A stretch of 64,000 bases of DNA from Dehalococcoidia bacterium (GTDB lineage Bacteria; Chloroflexota; Dehalococcoidia; UBA2979): positions 3,360,001 through 3,424,000 of the forward strand of contig OZ253555.1 in assembly GCA_965262725.1 (NCBI GenBank). Direction: 5' to 3'. Shown here piece after piece: positions 1-9,678 of the stretch. The first letter of the stretch is position 1. Every line of letters begins with the position of its first letter. Made by a program: the position numbers and the translations under genes. The notes under the pieces were generated by a model. That model was given only the letters and a program-made list of their open reading frames with translations. It searched no databases and was not told where the DNA came from.

Positions 1-1002
1 GGGCTTGCGCCCCAGCCCGAATCTCCCGTCGCGTCGGGTCCGGCAGTAGTGCGTCATGCCGAGAAAGTCGAACGTTTCCGGTCGGCCCTCCCCGCGCTTC
101 CGCCTGTTCGCCAGCGCGAACCTGCCGAACTCAAGTAGACGGGTCTTCTCCGGGTGCAGCTCCAGCCCGTAGGCCGCGAACCGCTCCCGGAGTGCCTCCA
201 TGAACCGCACCGCATCGCTGCGGTGCTGGAACCCCAGGACGAAGTCATCGGCATACCGCACGATGTACGCCTCGCCCCGGACCTCCCGCGGTCGCCACTC
301 GCGCGCAAACCAGTCGTCGAGCACGTTGTGCAGGTACACGTTCGCAAGCAGCGGCGATATCGGCGCCCCCTGCGGCATCCCCCGCACGAAATCGACTTCC
401 GGCTCCGCGTCCATGACGCCGACGCTCAGCCACTTTCGTATCAGGCGCAACACCCGCTGGTCCCCGATGCGCATCTCCAGAAACGACATCAGCCGCCCCC
501 GGTCGATGCTGCCGAAGAACTCCCGGATGTCCACCTCGACAATCCAGCTGACCTTGCGCCGTTCGACCGCGTAGGCCAGTGCGTCCAGCGCGTCATGCGC
601 CGAACGCCCCGGCCTGAAGCCATGCGAGAAGCCGTAGTAGCCCGACTCGTAAATCGGGTTCAAAAGATTGTCCACCACCGCCCGCTGAACGATCTTGTCC
701 TCCAGCGAGACGATACCGAGCGGCCGTATTCCCCCGTCCGGCTTGGGTATCTCTACCCGCCTGACGGGCTTCGCCCGGTACGCTCCACGGTGTACGCGGC
801 CATGCAGGTCGAGCAATCGCTCGTCCAGCCCGTCCCCGTATTCTCGCCACCTCACCCCGTCCACGCCCGGAGCCGCATCCCGCTTCAACGCGAGATACGC
901 CTCCCGCAGCGCCTCCGGCGTGATGTGGTGCAAGAGCGCGGTGAGTTTCTCTCCCGGCTTCCGTTCCACGAACTGCCGTATCCTCTCCGCTCCGGGTGAC
1001 AC
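1..1002 (-). CDS. ltrA: Group II intron reverse transcriptase/maturase (partial, runs off the window)
   Basis: Manual translation from GTG at 1002: AAPGVDG, IPKPDGGIRPLGI, GFRPGRSAHDAL, GMPQGAPISPLLANVYLH, RYADDF (about 241-260), LHPEKT, FDFLG. Confidence 0.95.
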   Translation of the reverse strand, partial: MSPGAERIRQFVERKPGEKLTALLHHITPEALREAYLALKRDAAPGVDGVRWREYGDGLDERLLDLHGRVHRGAYRAKPVRRVEIPKPDGGIRPLGIVSLEDKIVQRAVVDNLLNPIYESGYYGFSHGFRPGRSAHDALDALAYAVERRKVSWIVEVDIREFFGSIDRGRLMSFLEMRIGDQRVLRLIRKWLSVGVMDAEPEVDFVRGMPQGAPISPLLANVYLHNVLDDWFAREWRPREVRGEAYIVRYADDFVLGFQHRSDAVRFMEALRERFAAYGLELHPEKTRLLEFGRFALANRRKRGEGRPETFDFLGMTHYCRTRRDGRFGLGRKP

Positions 1003-1518
1003 CGCACCCCGACTCTGCGTCCGGACCGTGCCGGTGCTTTGAGGATTCCTCTCGGTTGGGGCCCTTTGCTCCAGCGACTCCGCCGGGGCTCGCGCCCCCT
1101 TGTTCGCCGCCTTCATCGCTCGTACGGCCCCATCAGACTGCTGCGCATCGTGCATCATCGGCTACGGTTTACGTCCCTTCCCGACGCGGTCCCGGCGTAC
1201 GACTCGTCGGGACAACGCGCAGCTCTCCCAAGTCCCGGCGATAGACGTGTGTGCGTGCATGGGGTCTTCGACACCGTGGGGCCCGACCACGACTCGCCAG
1301 TAGCGCCGTCGCCGGTATTGCCTTCGACCAATCCAAGAGCCTCGGCACCCCAAATGGCCCTTTCGATGCTCATTAGCCCCGCCCGCACACCCCGCTGCCG
1401 ACGCTTCACAAGCCGCCTCGCGACGACCCGCGCACGGCTCGCGGAATGACATGAGTGGCTAGCTCTTTGCCATAGAGGACTTCCACCTCCTGCCTACTCG
1501 CCAGTTAGCCTGGCGCTC
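1..1518 (-). mobile_element. Group II intron (probably class E/IIB-like), 5' part; continues off the window
   Basis: The minus strand begins GAGCGCCAGGCTAACTGGCG at 1518. A domain-I-like segment GGGTGCCGAGGC..GAAGGCAATACC carries EBS1 UGGAUU (1335-1330), complementary to the 5' exon end GATCCA (1524-1519). An RT ORF follows. Confidence 0.9.
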
Positions 1519-1529
1519 TGGATCAGGGC

Positions 1530-2555
1530 TAAAGTGTAACCTTCGGTATAATCCGCCTGGAGCAGCGCCACCTGCCTCTTGACCCGCCACCAATTCCGTG
1601 CCGGTCTGAGCCGCAGAGAGCCCCTGGTCCGGCCTGGGGCCCCGCAGCACTACCGCGGCGACCGGCCTCAGCGCCCGCCGGGCTGTCCCTCGCTCCTGGC
1701 GACGAGGGGCGTCATGAGTGGCAAGCCGTCAGCGAACAGGTCGCGGAAGGGCTGGGTCACGAAGTCCGGCGCACCGAGGATGTAGGACACGAACTCACCC
1801 CCGCTCAGGGCGTAGAGGGCGGTGATGTCCGCGCTTCGCGCGCAGCCCTCCAGCTCATCGACGCTGCCGCCCTCGTAGACGACGAGGCTGAAGCCCGCGA
1901 CGACAGTGCCGCGTAGGCACTCCGGCCACGGCGGCTGCCCACCGTCGTCAAGGTCATCCCCGAACGGGTCCGCCGAGGGCGGTCCGTTGCTCGCGGCCAC
2001 CAACGGCGTGATGGGCGGGACACCATCGGCAAACAGCTCCCCGAACTCACGGTTCACGAAGTTCGGCGCCCCGAGGATGTAGGAGACGTAGACGCCCTCA
2101 TGCAGCGCGTAGAAGGCCGCGACATCACGGCTCTCCGCGCAGGTGACCAACTCCGCGACGCTGCCCCCCTCGTGGACGACGAGGCTCAACCCCTCGGAGA
2201 CCGCGCCGCGCAGGCAGTGTGGCCAGGGATCGCGGGCCGGATCCCACGCTGTCTCGGGGAACTGCACGCGGTAAATCTTCTTCCGGCTGCCGTCCTGCGA
2301 GGTGACGGTGACCGTGATCTCGCCGAGGTCCTGGAGCGCTACCTGATGGCCGTTCGCGCCGTCGCCGTCGGCATCGGGCGGGTCGGTGACGACAACCGCG
2401 CGGCGCTGCATCGCCTCGGCCTCGACCGTGGTCTCCGTGACGCCGTCCGCGACGACTGCCTCGTAGTCCGGCCGGCCGGGATCGAACTCGCCGATGTCGA
2501 CGCCGCTCAGCGTGAGTGAAGCGAGCCGCGCGTCGATAGCGTCGGGCATGTTGTA
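1530..2555. repeat. Segmental duplication, homologous to 18650-18681 plus 19334-20326
   Basis: Shared CTTCGGTA(T/C)AATCCGCCTGGA, then AGCAGCGCCACCTGCCTCTTGACCCGCCACCAATTCCGT and about 0.9 kb of similar coding sequence. Confidence 0.85.
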
Positions 2556-3160
2556 GGTGTAGACGCGGTCGTCGCTTTCGTCCGCCACGTACATCACGTC
2601 CCCGTCGGACCAGATCCCGCGTGGGCTGTTGTTGCTGGCCCCGCTCAGCTTCCTGAACTCCTCGTCGCGGACACGCTCGAGTTCCCTGTCGTCGTCGTCC
2701 GCGTCCTCCTCGCCGGAGCCCGCCTCTGCATCTGGCAGCACGGGCACGCGGTAGGCGAAGAGGCGCTTCGGGTCGTGGTTGGAGACCCAGAAGGTGACGC
2801 CGTCGGACCAGATGCCGCGGGGGTCGTCGTTGGCCGCGTCGAGCTCGTACTCGGCGAGCAGGTCGCCGCTGGCGATGTCGTAGGCGAAGAGGGCGTCGTT
2901 GCGGTCGTCGAGCACCCACATCGTCTCGCCGTCGGACCAGATGCCGCGCGCATCGCGGTTGCGTTCGGCGAGCGCGAACTCGCGCTCCTCGACACCGCTG
3001 CCGGTGTCATCCGGCGCCGCCCAACCGATCGTCAGCGTCCTCATGCCCGCGACGGCGGACGTCACGGTCGGGCGATCCGGCAAATCGTCGTGACCGTAGG
3101 TTTTGAGCCGCCAGGAGACCAGGTCACCCGAACGCTCGTGGTAGCGGTCAGTCAGGCGCA
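1668..3160 (-). pseudogene. Collapsed surface-protein remnant: P-domain tail, FN3 start, propeller-like repeats, cadherin-like domain, two C-terminal repeats
   Basis: LRLTDRYHERSGDLVSWRLKTYGH (P-domain-like end) and PDRPTVTS..TIGWAAPDDTGS (FN3 start) join abruptly to NRDARGIWSDG repeats. DARLASLTLSGVDIGEFDP marks the cadherin-like domain. No signal peptide. Confidence 0.75.
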
Positions 3161-3677
3161 GCGTTCGCCCTCTCGTCCGTCCAACATCGGGTGGTGCCGT
3201 CGGGTTGCTGCTCGCAGGTCTGGACTTCGCCCCCCACGATGCTCCCCCAGCACCTGATTTCCCCATCGGGCCTGAACCCACACGCATCTTATTGTGCGTG
3301 TACTGGTAATTTGCTTTCTCTCCCGGTCTTGACCAGCACTATATATCCACAGTTTCATACGAATGAAATAGCAGAATTGCTATGGGTGTCAATGCTGAGA
3401 CACCCTGTTCGCCACTCCCAAATATGTGTTGGCATGTCGGCTTCCGCGGGGATGAGCGGGCGCCCCATGCGCAATAACCAACACAACCCGGGAATACCAA
3501 AAGCGGTGTTCCTAACGTGTGTTGGGTATGGCGCACGACACCGCCCATCCTGAGCCTGTCTGTTTCAAAGCAGCAGAGGGTCGGGAAGCCGGTCTGGTGA
3601 AGGCCGGTCTGAACCAACCTGGGATAGAGGTTGGCGGCCGGAGCGGTAGCCGGGGCCGTTGGAAGCGTGGTGGCAGG

Positions 3678-3977
3678 CTAGGAAGGCACGTTACTGCAGA
3701 CTTCGTCGCGGCTCGCCTTCAGGTCTTCGATCGGAGCGACGGAACTCACATAGATGAACTGCGCCTTGGCCTCGTCCATATCGTTGGCGGTGGGGAATGT
3801 CATGAGCATGCTTGCCTCGAAGACTTCAGTGTTCCCCTGGGCCCAGCAGTCCCAAGTCTGATTGAGGATGTCCTCCTTGCTCTCGCCGCCTCCGCAGGCG
3901 GCCAAGAGTAGGATGGACGCCAAGATACACATAAGCGGAATGGCGATAAACAGAAAGGGTTGGGAGTGGATTCTCAA
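3678..3977 (-). CDS. Small putative lipoprotein
   Basis: Hydrophobic N-terminus ending in lipobox LAAC-GGG; two further Cys; locally lower GC. Confidence 0.7.
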   Translation of the reverse strand: MRIHSQPFLFIAIPLMCILASILLLAACGGGESKEDILNQTWDCWAQGNTEVFEASMLMTFPTANDMDEAKAQFIYVSSVAPIEDLKASRDEVCSNVPS

Positions 3978-4834
3978 TGTTCGTTCCTAATAGTAGTTTG
4001 CCTGCCGCCGGAAGGTCCTGCCACAGGCTCCGGCCTGCGCCCATCTATGTCACGGAAGGATGTGGAGGAAGCCGGAAGCGGCTGTGGGGCCAGGCCAGAA
4101 GGACAATCTGGGGGCGACGTTTGCCCTGGTCCGCCGTGGACGGCGGCCCCAAGCGCGGTCAGCGCAGCGGCGGCAGGGGGCGCCGGGACGCCCATCACTG
4201 TTTGCCTCCAACTCGGAACCAAATAGAATACACTTCTTACCGCTCAGGGAGCGAAATCAGCCCAGATCATCGCCTTTGACGTTACCCGACAGCCCAGCCT
4301 TTAGTCAATATGATTGAGTGATTGCAGGCGTGTCCTTCTGTCTTCGACCACCATCTTCCTGAGGAAAACAGAGCAGTGCCGGGCGAGCGCTGCTATTGGC
4401 GAACCCGGCAGACCGGACTGACCGGACTGCTGAGCGATGTACCCGTCGATGGCCAGTTGGAGGGCGGTCAGGGCCTCGCGGACTCTCTCTTGCTTGTCTC
4501 TCGACCCCACGATCACCCGACTGCCTTCTCCTGGCACAAGACGCGGCTGCGGCTGTGAACCTGCAAGGTCGGCCAAGGTTCCCTCCTCGTCGAGGTTCTT
4601 GAAGCGTCAGTCGCGGTGCGCCTCCGGCGCGAACTCACCCCTCCCAGGCATCATGACGGTCCAGCGGCGATGGCGGTGCGTTGTTGCCATCGACCAGCAG
4701 CGCAGGGGCCGGGATTCCGAAGTCTGGCGTCAGCGTAGCTCCTGCCCCTGTTTGAGCTTTGCGCAACTCGGGCGACCCTTGGCGGGAAAGCCAAGGCTGA
4801 GCCTGCACCTCGGTAGCGCCACCCGCACCAGGCG

Positions 4835-7800
4835 TCATTGCAGTGCGGGTGGCCCGTCGCTCTTTGCGACGAGTGACGTCACGGGCGGCAGACCGTCGGT
4901 AAACAGCTCGAAGAACGGGCGGTTCACGAATTCCGGGGCTCCGAGGATGAAGGGCACCCAGTCGCCTTCGTGCAGGGCGTAGAGGGCCGCGATGCCGAGG
5001 CTTCGAGCGCACTCCTCGAGTGACTCAGTGCTGCCGCCCCCGTAGACGGCGAAGCTGAAGCCGGTCGTGATCTCCCCGTCCAGGCAGTTCGACCCCCGCA
5101 GGATCACGCGCTCTTCCTCTGCGACATCACCGGCGAAGGGATCCGGGCTTGCCGGCCCGTTGCTCCCGGCGATCAGCGGCGTCACGGGCGGGACGCCATC
5201 CGCGTACAAGTCGTGGAAGGAACGATTCACGAAGTCGGGCGCGCCGACGATGTAGGGGACGTAGGCGTCGTGATCCAGCGCGTAGAGGGCGAAGACGTGC
5301 CTGCTCACGGCGCAGACGACGAGGTCCTCGAGACTGCCCCCTTCGTAGAGGAGAAGGCTGAAGCCCTCGAACACGTCACCGCGGAAGCAGTCGGCCGTGG
5401 GGTCGCTCGGCGCTTGGTGATCTACAGCGGCGAACCGCACCCGGTAGACGCGCTCGCGGCTGCCGTCCGCCGAGGTCACGGTGACGGTGATCTCCGTGCT
5501 CGCCTCCAACTCCACCTGGTGACCGTTCTCCGGGTCGCCGTCGGCATCCGACGGACTGATCACGACCGTCGCCCGGCGCTGCGTTGCCTCGGCCTCGACC
5601 ATCGTCTCGGTCACGCCCTCCGCGACAACGCCGTCGTACTCGGTCCGTTCCGATGAGAACTCGCCGATGTCCACGCCGCCGAGCGTGAGCGAGGCGAGGC
5701 GGGCGTCGATCGTGTTGGGCATGTTGTAGGTGTAGACCTTGCCGTCGCTCGCATCGACGACGTACATCACGTCGCCATCGGACCAGAGGCCGCGCGGGCT
5801 GTTGTTGCTGGCGCGGCTGAGCACCGTGTTGGGGAACTCCTCGCCGGGGATGCGTTCGAGCGGCGTCGGCTCGGCGTCCTCCGCCGCGGACGCAGCGGGC
5901 CGCGCCGGAAGGCCGTAGGCATGGAGCCGCTTGGTGATGTGGTCCGACACCCAGAGCGTGGTTTCGTCGGACCAGACGCCGTGGGGGTCGTCGTTCTGCT
6001 CGGCGAGCTCGTACTCGGCGAGCAACGCGCCGCTCTCGAGGTCGTAGGCGAAGAGGCTGTTCTTCCCGCCGTCGAGCACCCATATCGTCTCGCCGTCGGA
6101 CCAGATGCCGCGCGCATCGCGGTTGCGGTCGGCGAGTGCGATGTCGCGCGCCTCCTGGCGCTCGCCGCTCTCAAGGTCGTGGGCGAAGAGGCGATTCTGG
6201 CCGCTGTCGGAGACCCAGATGACCGTGCCGTCGGACCAGACGCCGCGCGGCGCGCGGTTGGTCTCGGCGAGCGGGAACTCGCGATCCTCGACGCGTTCGC
6301 CGGTCTCCCGGTCATAGGCGTAGATCGCGTCGTCGGCGCCGGAGCCATTCTCCAGGATCCAGAGCGTCATGGCGTCGGACCAGAGGCCGGAGGGGGTGTC
6401 GTGGCCGGGGTCGAGCTCCTCGATGTCGTGCGTGACGGTCCACTCGAAGTCCTGCTCGCTGGGGGTGGGGCCGGACGGGCCGCCGCCTCCTCCTCCACCG
6501 CCACCGGTGATGATCGGGGGTGGCGGTGGCTTGTTGCCGAGCACCGTGATGTCGGTGGTGGCAGTGCCTCTGAGTGCGCCGGCCCCGTCGTCGGTAACGG
6601 TGAGGGTGAGCGTGATGCTCTGGGCGGTGTCGATCTTTGGTGGTGCCGTCCACGTTGTCTCCGGTGCCGAGGCGTCGTCGAATGTCCCCCCGCCGTTGCT
6701 GTTCCATGCGTAGGTCAGGCGGTCACCTTCGGGGTCTGTCGCCGTTCCAGACACCTCCAGCTCACCATCACCCTCCACCGTGGCGGTCGCCGGGGACACC
6801 GTCACTCGAGGGGCCTGGTTCGCCCGCAACGTCACGCTCGCCGTCGCGGATGCTGCGGCGTTCGCTGGGTCCGTCACCGTAAGCGTGAGGACGACTGACT
6901 CGTTGGCGTTGGTGGCCCTCGGCGCGGTCCAGGTCGTGTCGAGAGCCGACGCATCGTCGAAGCTACCGCCTCCGTTGCTGCTCCACCTGTAGGTGACCGT
7001 GCCGTCGTCGCGGTCCGTGGCGGTGCCGTCGAGCCTGACCGTGCCACCCCCGTTCACGGTGGTTGGCGAGGCGGTCACCGACGCCGTGGGCTCTTCGTTC
7101 GCCCGCACCGTCACGTCGACGTTTGCCGTCCCCGTGCGTGCGCCGGCGCCGTCGTCGGTTACCGTCAGGGTGAGGACGATGTTCTGGAGGGCGTCGGTCT
7201 TCGGGGGCGCGGTCCAGGTCGTGTCGAGAGCCGAAGCGTCGGCGAACGTCCCCCCACCGTTGCTGCGCCAGGCGTAGGTCAGGCCGTCGCGCTCCGGGTC
7301 GGTCGCCGTGCCGTCGAGTGTGACCGTGCCGCCGCCCGCCACCGTCATCGGCCTCCCGCTCGCCGAAGCGATGGGCGCCTGGTTCGCGCGCACGGTGACG
7401 CGGACCGTCGCCGTCGAGGAGGCGTTGGCGCTGTCGGTGACCGTGAGGGTCAGCGTGACATCCCGGTCGCTCGTGCCCGCCCCTGGTGCGGTCCACGTCG
7501 TGTCGAGGGCCGAGGCGTCGGCGAACGTGCCCCCGCCATTGCTCGTCCACTCATACGACAGCGGGTCGTTCTGGGGGTCCCTGGCCGTGCCGTCCAGCCG
7601 TACCGCCCCGCCCCCGTTGACCCTGCTCACCGAGGTGGTGGCCGAGACGGTCGGCGCGGTGTTGTCGCGCTCCGGCACGGTGACGTCGACGATCGCCGTC
7701 GCGGAGGCGCCTCCGGCGTCGGTGACGGTGAGGGTGAGGGTGAGGGTGATGCTCTGTGCGTTCGTCGTGGCCACGGGAGCAGTCCAGGTCGTGTCGAGGG

Positions 7801-8249
7801 CCGCGGCATTCGCGAAGGCGCCACCGCCCGAACTGGTCCAGGCGTAGGTCATTCGCCCTCGTTCGGGATCGGTCGCCGTCCCGTCCAGCGTCAGCCTGCT
7901 GCCACCGCCAACGGTGGCGCTCTCCGGGGCCACCGATACCTCCGGCGGCTGATTGGCCCGTACCGTGATCTGGGCGGTCGCCGTGTCGCGGGCCCCGGTG
8001 CCGTCGGTCGCCGTGAGCGTGAGCGTGATGCTCTGCGCGGTACTCGTCGCCGCCGGCGCGGTCCAGGTCGTGTCGAGGGCCGACGCCTTGGCGAATGTCC
8101 CGCCGCCCGAGCTCGTCCAGGTGTAAGTGAGCGCGCTGTCGTCCGCGTCGGAAGCCGAGCCATCCAGCGCGACGCTGCCACCCCCGTTGGTGGTAGCGCT
8201 GGTGGGTGCCACGGAGGCGTCCGGCGCCTGGTTGGCGCGCACCGTGACG
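4835..8249 (-). pseudogene. C-terminal part of the giant surface protein, cut off by IS256 (6 Ig/PKD-like repeats, Pro/Gly linker, propeller-like repeats, cadherin-like domain, two C-terminal repeats)
   Basis: Repeated N(Q/E)AP..LDGTATD..LDTTWTAP units; PPPPPIITGGGGGGGGGP linker; RG(V/I/L)WSDG repeats. In frame with 9679-18026 once the IS and one target duplication are removed. Confidence 0.9.
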
Positions 8250-9670
8250 GAGATATCGTCAAGAGTTGTGGATCGCTGGCCAGGGCAAGTCAGGCGGCGT
8301 ACCTCCCGTGGCGTGCGTCGTCGCTCGCATCCGGGCTGACGGCTCGTTCCTGTAGGACGCCATCGACGAAGACGCCGCCCGCCCGGACGACGGCGACGAG
8401 TTGCGGGGCGTTCACCCGCCGCCAGCGCTGCTGCGCCGCGTCGAGCAGTTTGTAGGCCATCGCCAGTCCCGCCGACCGCGACCCGGCGCCCTTCGTGACG
8501 CGCTGGCGCAGCCGCACCGTCGCGAAGGTGGACTCGATCGGGTTCGTGGTGCGCAGGTGCACGTGGTGCTCGGACGGGAAGTCGTGGAACGCGAGCAGCC
8601 GTTCGAGGTCGTCGGCGACCTTCGCTGTCGCCTTCGGCCACTGCGCGAACTGCCCGGCGAAGGCGCGCGCCGCATCCAGCGCCCCGGCGCGCGTCGCGGC
8701 TCCGGAGACGGCGTGGAGCGCCCGCGTCGCTTCCCCCTGGACGCGCTCGGGCAGCGACGCCAGGACGTTCGCGGTCTTGTGCACCCAGCAGCGCTGCTCG
8801 CGGGTCCGGGGGAAGACCTCCCGCAGCGCCGCCCAGAACCCGAGCGCCCCGTCGCCGACGGCCAGCTCGGGGTCGCGCATGCCCCGCTCGCGCAGGTCCC
8901 GCAGCAGGTCGAGCCAGGACTGGGTGTCCTCACGGTAGCCGTCCTGCACGGCCACCAGCTCCTTGCGGCCGTCCGGGCGCACCCCGACCAGCACCAGGCA
9001 GCAGAGCCGGTCCTCCTCGAGACGCACGGTGAAGTGGACGCCGTCCGCCCAGAGGTAGACGTAGTCGACCTCGGCCAGGCTGCGTCGCTGCCAGCGCTCG
9101 TGCTCGGCCTGCCACGCCTCCGTGAGCCGCCCCACGGTCGAGGCGGAGAGCCCCGCCCCCGAGCCGAAGAACGCCGACAGGGCGGGCAGGAAGTCGCCCG
9201 TCGAGAGCCCGCGCAGGTAGAGCAGCGGCAACACCTCGGTCACCTTGGGCGAGCGCCGCATGTAGGGCGGCAGAAGCGCCGAGATGTAGCGCTCGCCGGG
9301 ACGGCGGTCGTCGACGCGCGGCGCCTGTACGGCGACCCGTCCCGCGGCGGTCGTGATCTCTCTCGCGCGGGCGTAGCCGTTGCCGACGACCACGCGGCGG
9401 CCCTCTCCATCGACCGCGCCCGCGTGGCGCTCGAGGTAGGCCTGCCGTTCCGCCTCCAGCGCCACCCCGAGCATCTCCTGGGCGGCCATACGGCAGAGCT
9501 CGTCCAGTCCGACCTGCGTCCCCGGCCCCGCTTCCCGCTCGCCTCCCTCATGGACTATCCTCAACATCCGGCGTACTCCTCCCCGGCCGGCTTCCCGGCC
9601 ACTCCTGTTGACTCAGGGAGGGTACGCCGCCTCTCTCTCCTGGCTCATCCACAACTTCTGGCTATACCTC
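8250..9670 (-). mobile_element. IS256 family insertion sequence, complete
   Basis: Imperfect terminal IRs GAGATATCGTCAAGAGTTGTGGAT / GAGGTATAGCCAGAAGTTGTGGAT; 8-bp target duplication CCGTGACG (8242-8249 and 9671-9678). Confidence 0.95.
8290..9567 (-). CDS. IS256 family transposase
   Basis: YLWADG, LAVGDGALGFW, QRCWVHK and LRTTNPIES motifs. Confidence 0.95.
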   Translation of the reverse strand: MLRIVHEGGEREAGPGTQVGLDELCRMAAQEMLGVALEAERQAYLERHAGAVDGEGRRVVVGNGYARAREITTAAGRVAVQAPRVDDRRPGERYISALLPPYMRRSPKVTEVLPLLYLRGLSTGDFLPALSAFFGSGAGLSASTVGRLTEAWQAEHERWQRRSLAEVDYVYLWADGVHFTVRLEEDRLCCLVLVGVRPDGRKELVAVQDGYREDTQSWLDLLRDLRERGMRDPELAVGDGALGFWAALREVFPRTREQRCWVHKTANVLASLPERVQGEATRALHAVSGAATRAGALDAARAFAGQFAQWPKATAKVADDLERLLAFHDFPSEHHVHLRTTNPIESTFATVRLRQRVTKGAGSRSAGLAMAYKLLDAAQQRWRRVNAPQLVAVVRAGGVFVDGVLQERAVSPDASDDARHGRYAA

Positions 9671-9678
9671 CCGTGACG

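Noticed and set aside
154-999. 281-aa plus-strand ORF
   Set aside because: Antisense shadow of the intron RT.
1-2555. Diversity-generating retroelement (RT next to repeated C-terminal domains)
   Set aside because: The RT is a typical intron maturase, and domains V/VI are present in the second copy. The differences I inspected between repeat copies are largely synonymous and not adenine-specific.
4290-4830. Possible IS end and gene fragments
   Set aside because: I could not identify a partner inverted repeat or a protein family.
8250-8641. N-terminus of the 1268-aa ORF
   Set aside because: It derives from an alternative frame of IS256, not from the surface protein.
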